64,000 nt of DNA, taken from a virus. Every line of letters starts with the position of its first letter. Within the stretch, counting starts at the first letter, position 1. Shown here in pieces: positions 9,037 to 17,419 of this stretch. The stretch lies in IMG/VR virus record IMGVR_UViG_3300002307_002134, positions 1 through 64,000 of that record; one strand, 5' to 3'. The translations under genes and the position numbers were made by a program. The notes beneath the pieces were generated by a model, which made no database searches, was not told the DNA's origin, and saw only the letters and a list, made by a program, of their open reading frames with translations.

Positions 9037-9067
9037 AAAAAAACCCACAAAAAATTGTGGGCTTTTT
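9037..9067 (-). terminator. terminator downstream of the clpC C-half
   Basis: cccacaa-aaaa-ttgtggg hairpin flanked by A/T runs. Confidence 0.6.
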
Positions 9068-9068
9068 A

Positions 9069-10520
9069 TTATTTTGATTTTGTTTTGGTAGTTTTAATTG
9101 TGATTTCTTCTTTTTCAGTATCAAATCCGATGTTTATTGTGTCACCTTCCTTAATGTTGTCGTTAAGAATCTCATCGGCCACAGCATCTTCAATATAATG
9201 TTGAATGGTTCTAACTAGAGGTCTAGCACCATATGTTTCATCGTAACCTTGTTTTGCCAAAAAATCCACAGCTTCTTTAGAAATTTTTAGTTTAAAATTC
9301 ATTTCCGATAAACGTTTTTCAAGTTTTGCAACTTCAAGATAAATAATTTTATGAATATCTTCTTGAGTAAGGCCTCTAAAGATAATTGCTTCATCAATAC
9401 GGTTAAGGAATTCTGGTCTAAATTTCTTTTTAAGTGCTTTTTCAATGATATCACGAGCTTTATTTTCTTCATTTACAATACTAGCAGCTGTTTCAAAACC
9501 CATATTCTTGCCAAATGAATTTACTTCTCTTACACCAATGTTTGAGGTAAGGATAATCAAAGCATTTTTAAAGTTTACCTTGCGTCCCAAACCATCAGTT
9601 AATTGACCTTCATCCAACAATTGCAATAATAGATTGAACACATCTTCGTGTGCCTTTTCAATTTCATCAAATAAGATAACACAATGTGGTTTTCTTCTAA
9701 CCTTTTCAGTCAATTGACCACCTTGGTCATAACCAACATATCCTGGTGGTGGTCCAATAAGTCTTGATACTGTATGTTTTTCCATGTATTCAGACATATC
9801 CATTCTAATTAGTGCATCTGAATCACCGAATACTTGTTCAGCTAGTAATTTAGCCAACATTGTGTTGTGTGATAAAATTCCATTGGTATAATATCTTCTA
9901 TTGGACCCTTCTTTTAATTCAAGGTCATACATAACTTCTTCATAACCTAAATTTGTAACAGAGGTAACTTCAGATAAAGGAGTATCTAATTTTTCGTGAA
10001 AAAAACTATTATCTTCCGTTACACCAAATTCACCGATAAAAATTTTATCACCAGTTACTAAATTTTTAACAAAAACCTCTTCCATTTGTTCGTTGAATAC
10101 AAAATGATTATCAGCACATTTAAGCTCTTTTCCATCATTTAATTTAAGGTGATATACTTCATATGGTATTGTCTCATGCAATGCTTCTATATCAATAAAA
10201 CCATCATCAGTTAAAACTTCATAGTCTGATATTTTGGTTGTCTTAGTAATCTTTTTTAACGATTCTAATTCGTGTTTATCAAATAATAAAACATTATTTG
10301 ATTTATCAACTCTTTTTTTAATTTCTTCTAGTCTGTTTAATAAATTATAAAAACCATTCATTTCGAATAAATTATAATCTAATATTTCAATTCTATCAGA
10401 ATATGAATTATTATATTTACATTTAACCCCAGATGGTTTAAACTCTAATGTTGTCACACTAACAGGTATTGAACCTAAATCTAAGTAATAGGTTTCATTT
10501 AATTTAATCTCTTTTTTCAT
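9069..10520 (-). CDS. clpC: split-intein C-fragment (aa 1-219) fused to the ClpC C-terminal extein (NBD2)
   Basis: Intein block B CADNHF, block F VMYDL, block G GILSHN|T; then ClpC NBD2 motifs RMDMSEYMEKH, LIGPPPGYVGY, LFDEIEKAH, RPEFLNRID, GARPL. Confidence 0.92.
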   Translation of the reverse strand: MKKEIKLNETYYLDLGSIPVSVTTLEFKPSGVKCKYNNSYSDRIEILDYNLFEMNGFYNLLNRLEEIKKRVDKSNNVLLFDKHELESLKKITKTTKISDYEVLTDDGFIDIEALHETIPYEVYHLKLNDGKELKCADNHFVFNEQMEEVFVKNLVTGDKIFIGEFGVTEDNSFFHEKLDTPLSEVTSVTNLGYEEVMYDLELKEGSNRRYYTNGILSHNTMLAKLLAEQVFGDSDALIRMDMSEYMEKHTVSRLIGPPPGYVGYDQGGQLTEKVRRKPHCVILFDEIEKAHEDVFNLLLQLLDEGQLTDGLGRKVNFKNALIILTSNIGVREVNSFGKNMGFETAASIVNEENKARDIIEKALKKKFRPEFLNRIDEAIIFRGLTQEDIHKIIYLEVAKLEKRLSEMNFKLKISKEAVDFLAKQGYDETYGARPLVRTIQHYIEDAVADEILNDNIKEGDTINIGFDTEKEEITIKTTKTKSK

Positions 10521-11741
10521 TTATTTTGTTTTTAAAAAATTTATACATTTATTTATTATTTCTTGTTTATTCCCCCACCTGTATTCCGAATCCCATATTA
10601 CAATAACTTCAAAACCGTTTTTAATTGCAATATCTAATTTTCGTTTATCTTTACCCCACATATCTTGTGCTGTAATATTTTTTCTAAAAGGATGTGGATA
10701 ATCAGTAGAATTATATTTTTTTGGGTTTCCATGATACATATCACCATGAAATTCAATTATTTTTTTATTAATAGTATCAGTAAAATCATATAACCAAACA
10801 CCACCTTCTTCTTTCTCTAATTTAAATTCTTTATTATGTGTGGCAAAATAAATTTTATCTTTTTCACTAATATCGTAACTTTCCAATAGTTTATAAAACA
10901 ATTCTTGAGAAATTTTAGAATATCCAATCACCACATTACCATTGTTTAATAATGAATTTAACCATTTGTTTTGTCTTTCAGTAAAACGTTTTTTACCGTT
11001 TTCTTCACCATATTTTAAAATACATTTTTCAAGACTAAATGTTGATTGGTGTTCGGACACATTTTGTTTCGCTTCTTCTTCTGTATGTCCCTTATTAACC
11101 CAATATTCAACATTTGATGGTATTAATCTTTTTTCAAAATCAACTTGTTTGGCTGATTTTTTTTGGTTTTTACTAATAATATCTTTTGCCTCATTTTCAG
11201 AATGACCCTTATTAACCCAAAAATCGGAATTTGTTGGTGTTAGACAAATACGTTTAATTTCTTCTTCACTGTAACCTTTATCGACTAACATTTGTTTTGA
11301 TTTACCATGGTAGATTTTAACACATTTAGATGATTTTTGTTGTTGTTTAGAAATTTCATCGATAGCTTCTTCTTTAGTGCAACCTTTATTAATCCAATAT
11401 TCTTCACATAAACGGTTTCTTTGTTTTAATTCTTTATTACGTTTATTAATTTCACCTAAAGCGTTTTCTTCTAACCAACCACGTTCAATGAAATACTCTA
11501 TATTACCCCATTTTTTAGTTTTAAAACCATAATTTTTAACCAACCAACCACGCATCAACGATAATGAAACAACACCTTCTTGTTCTTCTAATTTAACCAT
11601 CAATGATTCAATTTCTTTTTTAATTGTTTCATTATCATAGCGTATGTTTTTATCTAACATTAAAACATGATTCTTAAATATTTCTAAATTTGGAAACACT
11701 TCATTTACCTCTTTTATACCTTTACTTGTTTTTATCTTCAT
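10521..11741 (-). CDS. free-standing Vsr/DUF559-like homing endonuclease
   Basis: Repeated YW(I/V)NKG-x-x-EEEA helical units and a C-terminal YDF...IIEFHGDMYHG...IVIWDSE nuclease domain; lies between the two split-intein halves. Confidence 0.8.
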   Translation of the reverse strand: MKIKTSKGIKEVNEVFPNLEIFKNHVLMLDKNIRYDNETIKKEIESLMVKLEEQEGVVSLSLMRGWLVKNYGFKTKKWGNIEYFIERGWLEENALGEINKRNKELKQRNRLCEEYWINKGCTKEEAIDEISKQQQKSSKCVKIYHGKSKQMLVDKGYSEEEIKRICLTPTNSDFWVNKGHSENEAKDIISKNQKKSAKQVDFEKRLIPSNVEYWVNKGHTEEEAKQNVSEHQSTFSLEKCILKYGEENGKKRFTERQNKWLNSLLNNGNVVIGYSKISQELFYKLLESYDISEKDKIYFATHNKEFKLEKEEGGVWLYDFTDTINKKIIEFHGDMYHGNPKKYNSTDYPHPFRKNITAQDMWGKDKRKLDIAIKNGFEVIVIWDSEYRWGNKQEIINKCINFLKTK

Positions 11742-11787
11742 AATATCTATTTTATAATAAATATCACGAAGTTTTAAAAAGTTCGGA

Positions 11788-13596
11788 CTAATTGGTGTTG
11801 GGTACGATATTTTTTATATTAATCGTTTTAATCTCACCAGTTACCTTGTTTCTAACAGTAATTTCTGTATCACCACAAATACATTTACCAACACCAGTAG
11901 GACCTAAGAATATAAATGAACCAACAGGTTTGTTTTTATCTTTGATACCGATACGATTACGTTTGATGGCTTTGACAACTTTGCTAACCGCAGCATCTTG
12001 ACCGATAACTTTACCCATAAGTTCTTTGTCCATATTCATAAGACGTTTGCTTTCTTGTGTGGAGATTTTGGTCAGTGGGATACCAGTCATCATAGACACA
12101 ACTTCAGAAATAAGTTCGACACCAACTTCTGTTGTTTTCTTCTCAAACCTATCATTCCATTTATCCATAGCGGTTTGCAACTGTTCAATAACTTTTTTTT
12201 CTTCATCTCTAAGTTTTGCGGCTTCTTCGTATTTTTGTTTGATAACAACTTCTTTTTTTCTTTCGTTAATTTCAAGTTTTTTAATTTCAAGTTGTTTAAT
12301 TTCTTCTGGTTTTTCAAAATTTACATTAGTGGTGGCACCAGCCTCATCCATTACATCAATAGCTTTATCTGGCATACTTCTTTCCATAATATAACGGTCA
12401 GCCAATTTAACACATTCATCAATAGCTTCTTCAGTATATTTTACCTTATGATGTTTTTCATATTTTTCTTTAATGTTCATAAGAATAATCTTAGTTTCTT
12501 CAAGGGTTGGTTCTTCAATCAATACTTGTTGAAAACGTCTTGTTAAAGCACCATCTTTTTCAATATTTTCACGATATTCATCAAGAGTTGTCGCTCCAAT
12601 AATTTGAATTTCACCACGTGCCAACGCTGGTTTAAAGATATTTGATGCGTCCAATGAACCAGACGCATTACCAGCACCAACAATTGTATGTAATTCATCA
12701 ATAAATAAAATAATATCGGGATTTGCTTTACATTCTTCTAAAACAGCTTTCATCCTTTCTTCAAATTGACCACGATATTTGGTTCCAGCTACCAATGAAG
12801 CTAAATCCAAAGTAAATATTCTTTTATTAACCAGTGTTCTAGGTGCATTGCCATCTTTTATAAGTTGGGCTAACCCTTCTACTATGGAGGTTTTTCCCAC
12901 GCCAGGTTCACCAATCAATATTGGATTGTTCTTTTTTCTTCGTGATAGTATTTGAGATACACGTTTTATTTCAATTGTTCTACCAACTACAGGGTCTATT
13001 TCACCGTTATCAACAGCTTTTGAAACATCTCTACAAAAATTATCCAACACAGGTGTTTTATTTTTTCCGTCACCTTGTTTTAATTTACGTTTAAATGATT
13101 CTTGGTCATCATTTACTTCATCATTTTCATAAGCACTATTACTAAAATTTTCTCTCATCCTATTCATTTCTTTTTTAAAACTATTGTAATTTACACCATA
13201 AAACTCATTAATAATTTTAGTCGATGGTAATTTTTTTAATAAAATTGATAACATGATATGAGTAGTATCAATCATATTATCATCCATTTTTTCACATTCT
13301 TTATCTAAATCTTTGATAACCAATTTGGTTTCTTCAGAAAAAGGAAGTTTTGCTTTTGATGAATTAGTAACCCTAGGTGTTAAGTCGTTTTGTCTTATAT
13401 ATTCAGCTATTCTGTCATATAATTCTGTGGTATTTACGTTTAGTCTTTTAAGAACGTCAACGCATTCATTATCGTCATCTGACAAAATAGACATTACTAT
13501 ATGTTCTGGCCTAACTTTAACATCATCAAAAGATTTAGCCTCTTTCATTGATTGACTAATTATCAATTTTACTTTTGGGTAAATCTCTCTATTCAT
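11788..13596 (-). CDS. clpC: ClpC N-terminal extein (Clp-N, NBD1, UVR) fused to a 31-aa split-intein N-fragment
   Basis: GEPGVGKT, LFIDELH, PDKAIDVMDEAG, UVR YEEAAKLRD; ends in FLGPTGVGK|CICGDTEITVRNKVTGEIKTINIKNIVPNTN*. Confidence 0.92.
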   Translation of the reverse strand: MNREIYPKVKLIISQSMKEAKSFDDVKVRPEHIVMSILSDDDNECVDVLKRLNVNTTELYDRIAEYIRQNDLTPRVTNSSKAKLPFSEETKLVIKDLDKECEKMDDNMIDTTHIMLSILLKKLPSTKIINEFYGVNYNSFKKEMNRMRENFSNSAYENDEVNDDQESFKRKLKQGDGKNKTPVLDNFCRDVSKAVDNGEIDPVVGRTIEIKRVSQILSRRKKNNPILIGEPGVGKTSIVEGLAQLIKDGNAPRTLVNKRIFTLDLASLVAGTKYRGQFEERMKAVLEECKANPDIILFIDELHTIVGAGNASGSLDASNIFKPALARGEIQIIGATTLDEYRENIEKDGALTRRFQQVLIEEPTLEETKIILMNIKEKYEKHHKVKYTEEAIDECVKLADRYIMERSMPDKAIDVMDEAGATTNVNFEKPEEIKQLEIKKLEINERKKEVVIKQKYEEAAKLRDEEKKVIEQLQTAMDKWNDRFEKKTTEVGVELISEVVSMMTGIPLTKISTQESKRLMNMDKELMGKVIGQDAAVSKVVKAIKRNRIGIKDKNKPVGSFIFLGPTGVGKCICGDTEITVRNKVTGEIKTINIKNIVPNTN

Positions 13597-13610
13597 AGAC
13601 TTAATTTATA

Positions 13611-13676
13611 CAAAGTTACTACATTATTTTTAATTCTGCAAGAACTTGATTCTTTAAATAAATATTAGTATCTTTG
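13611..13676. promoter_or_regulatory. divergent Bacteroidota-type sigma-A promoters
   Basis: TAACTTTG on the minus strand (13611-13618) before clpC and TATCTTTG on the plus strand (13669-13676) before 13692; both match the -7 element TAnnTTTG. Confidence 0.6.
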
Positions 13677-13691
13677 TACAAAAAGTAAATT

Positions 13692-13925
13692 ATGGTTACA
13701 AATACAGAACCTAAATTTAGTAAGGTTGAGTTGTTAATTAAATCTAAAAGTTCTGACTTGCCATCCACATTAAATATAAGTTTTGAAAACTGTGGTTTTA
13801 TGATAACTGGTGATTATATTGTAATAATAATAGACGAAAAAAACGAAGATAACAATACTGTAACTAGTACAGGAAAAATTTTTTCTTTAAAAGAAATAAC
13901 AGCATATAAAACACATTTAAAATAA
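13692..13925 (+). CDS. hypothetical protein
   Basis: 77-aa ORF directly after a promoter. Confidence 0.65.
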   Translation: MVTNTEPKFSKVELLIKSKSSDLPSTLNISFENCGFMITGDYIVIIIDEKNEDNNTVTSTGKIFSLKEITAYKTHLK

Positions 13926-13949
13926 TAATGTATAAAAAATAAAATAAAC

Positions 13950-14429
13950 ATGATTTTAAAAAAACAAGAAAAAAACGGAAAAATAAAAGCGATGTATTCT
14001 TCTTCAACGGTTTGTGCTTCGATATTTGACACGGTAACAAGAGACTTAATTGTTATTTTTAACAATGGAGGACAATACAAATACCCTAGTGTTGAATTGA
14101 CTGATTACACAAGATTTGAGACATCTGATAGCAATGGTTCAACGTTCAACACTTACATCAAGAAAAAATATACCAATTTTGAAAAATTAAATAATCTTGA
14201 TGAAAATACTACCAAGTCTATTTTAAAAGAAGTTGATGACCTAAAATCAGCTGAAGAAAAAGCTTCAACTGAAGGTGCCGCAAAATCTATGATGGAAATA
14301 ATGGCAATTATGGTTGCAAACTACATAAGCACTGGAAACGTTGATAACGGTATACTTCGTAAATTGGAAAGCAAGATTGCCGCTTATGATAAAATAATTA
14401 GTCCTCAAGTAGAAACAGAAGAAGCTTAA
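13950..14429 (+). CDS. KTSC-domain protein
   Basis: SSTVCASIFD...LIVIFNNGGQYKYPSV...F...S-x-G-x-x-FN-x-x-IK pattern. Confidence 0.75.
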   Translation: MILKKQEKNGKIKAMYSSSTVCASIFDTVTRDLIVIFNNGGQYKYPSVELTDYTRFETSDSNGSTFNTYIKKKYTNFEKLNNLDENTTKSILKEVDDLKSAEEKASTEGAAKSMMEIMAIMVANYISTGNVDNGILRKLESKIAAYDKIISPQVETEEA

Positions 14430-14437
14430 TAAATTAA

Positions 14438-14547
14438 TATTAGATGATGGAATTGGAAGACATACCCTACTGTCTCTAGGGTGAGGATACACTGATAAAC
14501 CTTAAAAAGCTAAAGTCCTCTTGGAGGTTCGAGTCCTTCTCTAATAG
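14438..14547 (+). tRNA. atypical tRNA / tRNA-like RNA with GUC (Asp) anticodon and a long variable arm
   Basis: Acceptor TATTAGA/TCTAATA with G73; D-loop GGAATTGGAAGA; anticodon stem CCCTA/TAGGG with loop CTGTCTC; GAGGA/TCCTC variable stem; T-arm GGAGG-TTCGAGT-CCTTC. Confidence 0.7.
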
Positions 14548-14584
14548 CAATTATAGTATATAACATAAAAAATATTAATTAAAT

Positions 14585-15355
14585 ATGAACAACAAAAAAT
14601 TATTAATTACATTGATATTATCAACAATAATATTAAACGTCTTTTCTCAAAATGTTGGTATCAACACAAATTCTCCAAACACAACATTAGATGTAAATGG
14701 TCAAGCAACTATAAGAGGCCTTGCTGGGAGTTCAGGTAGTTATATAAAAGTTGATGCTAATGGAAAACTTTTAATTGCATCTGCCCCATCTAATGGAGTT
14801 ACAGGACCAACAGGTGTTACAGGACCAACAGGTGTTACAGGACCAACAGGTGTTACAGGACCAACAGGTGTTACAGGACCAACAGGTGTTACAGGACCAA
14901 CAGGAGCTACAGGAACAGCAGGACAATCGGGTACAACGGTTTATGGTTCTTCACAATTATCTGTTACTACAAGCACTACTTCGTTTACGTTAATTCCTGG
15001 ATTAACAACCACATTAACTATTCCGTCAAGTTCTTTTGTTTATATTTCTACTGATGGTGGTTTTTATACTAATTCATCAACAACAAATAGTTCAGTTATT
15101 GATGTGGCCGTTAAAATAGATGGTACATTATTAACTAATGGTGGTTATGCTAGGTTAACTTCAACTAACCCATCTAGTTATACAGTAGGAAACTATGGAA
15201 CAAGATGGGGTATATCTTTTTATACTACTTTATCAGCTGGGTCACACACAATAACAGTTAATGCTGTATGGGTGGCTGGGGTAAGTTGTCAAGTATCTGG
15301 CAGTAATACATCTGCAACTCAAGGAGAATTAACAGTTGTAATTATAAAACAATAA
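14585..15355 (+). CDS. secreted collagen-repeat protein, Bacteroidota type
   Basis: Sec signal peptide, [18 protein letters not shown] motif, (GVTGPT)x6 collagen repeat, beta-rich C-terminal domain. Confidence 0.8.
   Translation: MNNKKLLITLILSTIILNVFSQNVGINTNSPNTTLDVNGQATIRGLAGSSGSYIKVDANGKLLIASAPSNGVTGPTGVTGPTGVTGPTGVTGPTGVTGPTGVTGPTGATGTAGQSGTTVYGSSQLSVTTSTTSFTLIPGLTTTLTIPSSSFVYISTDGGFYTNSSTTNSSVIDVAVKIDGTLLTNGGYARLTSTNPSSYTVGNYGTRWGISFYTTLSAGSHTITVNAVWVAGVSCQVSGSNTSATQGELTVVIIKQ
14795..14902 (+). repeat. 18-bp tandem repeat x6 encoding collagen G-X-Y
   Basis: unit ggtgttacaggaccaaca. Confidence 0.95.
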
Positions 15356-15359
15356 ATTT

Positions 15360-16379
15360 ATGAAAAAGAAACTATTATTATTATTTTTGATTATATCTAA
15401 AATAGTCGCAAGTCAATCAATACATTTTGATAATAATTCTTATATTTCTTTAAAATCTGGTGGTTATGTTTTTATTAAAGACACTAGTGTAAATGCTATA
15501 CAAACATTGGGAGGTGGTTTTTTTATACCCGATACTTTAAACGGATATGTTGAGTGGGAAGTTGAAAATAATAAAGGAAAATATACAGTTCCTTACTTAT
15601 CATATGATAATTTATATTTTCCAATTTCTTTAAATATTAGTGCTGCTGGTTTGGGTACTAGTATAAAATTTTTAACAATTGATACATTTATAAACCGTAC
15701 TAATCAATATTACAACACTATTAGTATTGGCCGTTATTGGAATATAAACCTATCTAATTACATAACAAAACCACAAGGTACTGTAACATTAAAATACGAT
15801 ACAACAAGATATCCTTATTCAAGTGTTTATTTAAATTATTATAATTCAAGTAATGTTTGGGAACAGTTATACCTAAACGCATATACATCTGGTACAGCTA
15901 GTTTTGTATTAGACACGACCAAAACTAATGTTAGATTAACTCTTCTTAACACAAATTTTGGATTACCAATACAATTGGTATATTTTAAAGGTGAAGCTAT
16001 AGAAAACAAATACTCTCATTTATATTGGCAAACCGCTACCGAAACAAATAATAAAGGTTTTATAATTGAAAAAAGTAAAAACGCTTTAGATTTTGACAGT
16101 ATTGGATGGGTTGATGGCCAGAATAATTCTAATTGGTATAACGAATATCAATTCAATGATTACGATATTAAACCAAATAACACTTATTATTATCGTTTAA
16201 AACAAATAGATTTTAACAATGAATATAGTTACGTACATATTATTTATATAAAGTTTATATCTACGCCAGAAGTTATAGAATATTATAATATATTAGGTCA
16301 AAGAATATACACAATTAACAACGCTGGTTTTTATATTAAAGTTAGCAATACCAAATCAAAATTATTTATTAAAATATAA
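15360..16379 (+). CDS. secreted protein with a T9SS-type C-terminal sorting-like domain
   Basis: Signal peptide; LPIQLVYFKGE...LYWQTATETNNKGFIIEKS...YYRLKQIDF Ig-like domain; tail YYNILGQRI...GFYIKV...KLFIKI. Confidence 0.75.
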   Translation: MKKKLLLLFLIISKIVASQSIHFDNNSYISLKSGGYVFIKDTSVNAIQTLGGGFFIPDTLNGYVEWEVENNKGKYTVPYLSYDNLYFPISLNISAAGLGTSIKFLTIDTFINRTNQYYNTISIGRYWNINLSNYITKPQGTVTLKYDTTRYPYSSVYLNYYNSSNVWEQLYLNAYTSGTASFVLDTTKTNVRLTLLNTNFGLPIQLVYFKGEAIENKYSHLYWQTATETNNKGFIIEKSKNALDFDSIGWVDGQNNSNWYNEYQFNDYDIKPNNTYYYRLKQIDFNNEYSYVHIIYIKFISTPEVIEYYNILGQRIYTINNAGFYIKVSNTKSKLFIKI

Positions 16380-16382
16380 ATT

Positions 16383-16577
16383 ATGAACAAAGAACAATTA
16401 ATAGGGGCAACTTTTGAATTAGACCTTGGGTTATTACATCCAGTTTCAGTTGAGGTAATTGATTTAACTGATTATGTTGTTACTGTAAAGTATAAGAATT
16501 CAACACCCAATAGAATTGAAGAATTTAGTATATTTGGTTTTAAAAAGTTAACTGGGATTAAAATAGATAAAATATGA
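16383..16577 (+). CDS. small hypothetical protein homologous to the N-terminus of the ClpC IntC protein
   Basis: LDLG..PVSV...V..KY.NS...RIE shared with aa 1-55 of 9069..10520. Confidence 0.7.
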   Translation: MNKEQLIGATFELDLGLLHPVSVEVIDLTDYVVTVKYKNSTPNRIEEFSIFGFKKLTGIKIDKI

Positions 16578-16611
16578 ATAAAATAGATAAAATATGAATA
16601 AAATAGATAAA
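16559..16611 (+). repeat. 20-bp tandem repeat (~2.6 copies) spanning the thyA start
   Basis: unit taaaatagataaaatatgaa. Confidence 0.9.
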
Positions 16612-16920
16612 CAATATACTGACCTACTTCAAGATATTCTTGATAATGGTGTTAAAAAATCTGATAGAACAGGTACAGGAACCATGTCAGTATTTGGAAG
16701 ACAAATTCGTCACAAAATGAGTGATGGTTTTCCTTTACTTACAACCAAAAAAATGGCTTGGAAACAAATTGTAACAGAACTTTTATGGTTTTTGCGTGGT
16801 GATACTAATATTAAATATTTGGTTGATAATGATTGTCATATTTGGGATGGTGATTGTTATAAGAATTATTTAATAGAATGTGAGAAATTAAATAACATAA
16901 ACAAAAATAAAAAAGAATGA
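16594..16920 (+). CDS. thyA: thymidylate synthase, N-terminal fragment
   Basis: [31 protein letters not shown]. Confidence 0.9.
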   Translation: MNKIDKQYTDLLQDILDNGVKKSDRTGTGTMSVFGRQIRHKMSDGFPLLTTKKMAWKQIVTELLWFLRGDTNIKYLVDNDCHIWDGDCYKNYLIECEKLNNINKNKKE

Positions 16921-17419
16921 AAGTAAAAAAAGAAGATTTACATGAATCTGGTAGACCATTAAGTCAATCAGAATTTATTGAACGGGTTAAAAATGATGAG
17001 GAATTTGCTAAACGTTTTGGTGATTTAGGACCTATTTATGGTTCTGGTTGGCGAAATTTCGAAGGTATTGACCAAATAACTGAATTAATACATGGGTTAA
17101 AAACTAACCCAGATTCTAGAAGACTTAGAGTTTCTGCGTGGCAACCACATAAACTTAAAGATATGGTACTCCCACCTTGCCACACTGATTTTCAACTTTA
17201 TACAAGAGAGTTGAGTAATGATGAAATTATTAACTATTATTATAAGAATATTAAACCAAATAGTAAATGGAAAAAAGATGACAATGGTAAATATTTTTAT
17301 TTTATTGAATCTGATGACGAAAATTATTGGGTTGAACATTCTACTTCTGATATAATATTTGGTATGAAACCGTTATGTCCAACTAGGGCCATCTCATTGA
17401 TGTGGAGTCAACGTTCCGT
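16917..17419 (+). CDS. thyA: thymidylate synthase, second fragment, exon 1
   Basis: [19 protein letters not shown] (catalytic Cys), QRSV up to the intron. Confidence 0.9.

Noticed and set aside
11688-11741. Endonuclease N-terminus (KIKTSKGIKEVNEVFPN) resembling the IntN tail
   Set aside because: Too short and low in complexity to support by eye; it has no Cys1.
11742-11790. Stop-codon reassignment (TAG read-through) joining IntN to the endonuclease
   Set aside because: Reading through the TAG meets TGA eight codons later, and long genes throughout the window are intact in code 11.
14795-14902. Possible CRISPR array (also 16559-16611 and 33146-33205)
   Set aside because: Head-to-tail tandem repeats without spacers; no cas genes in the window.
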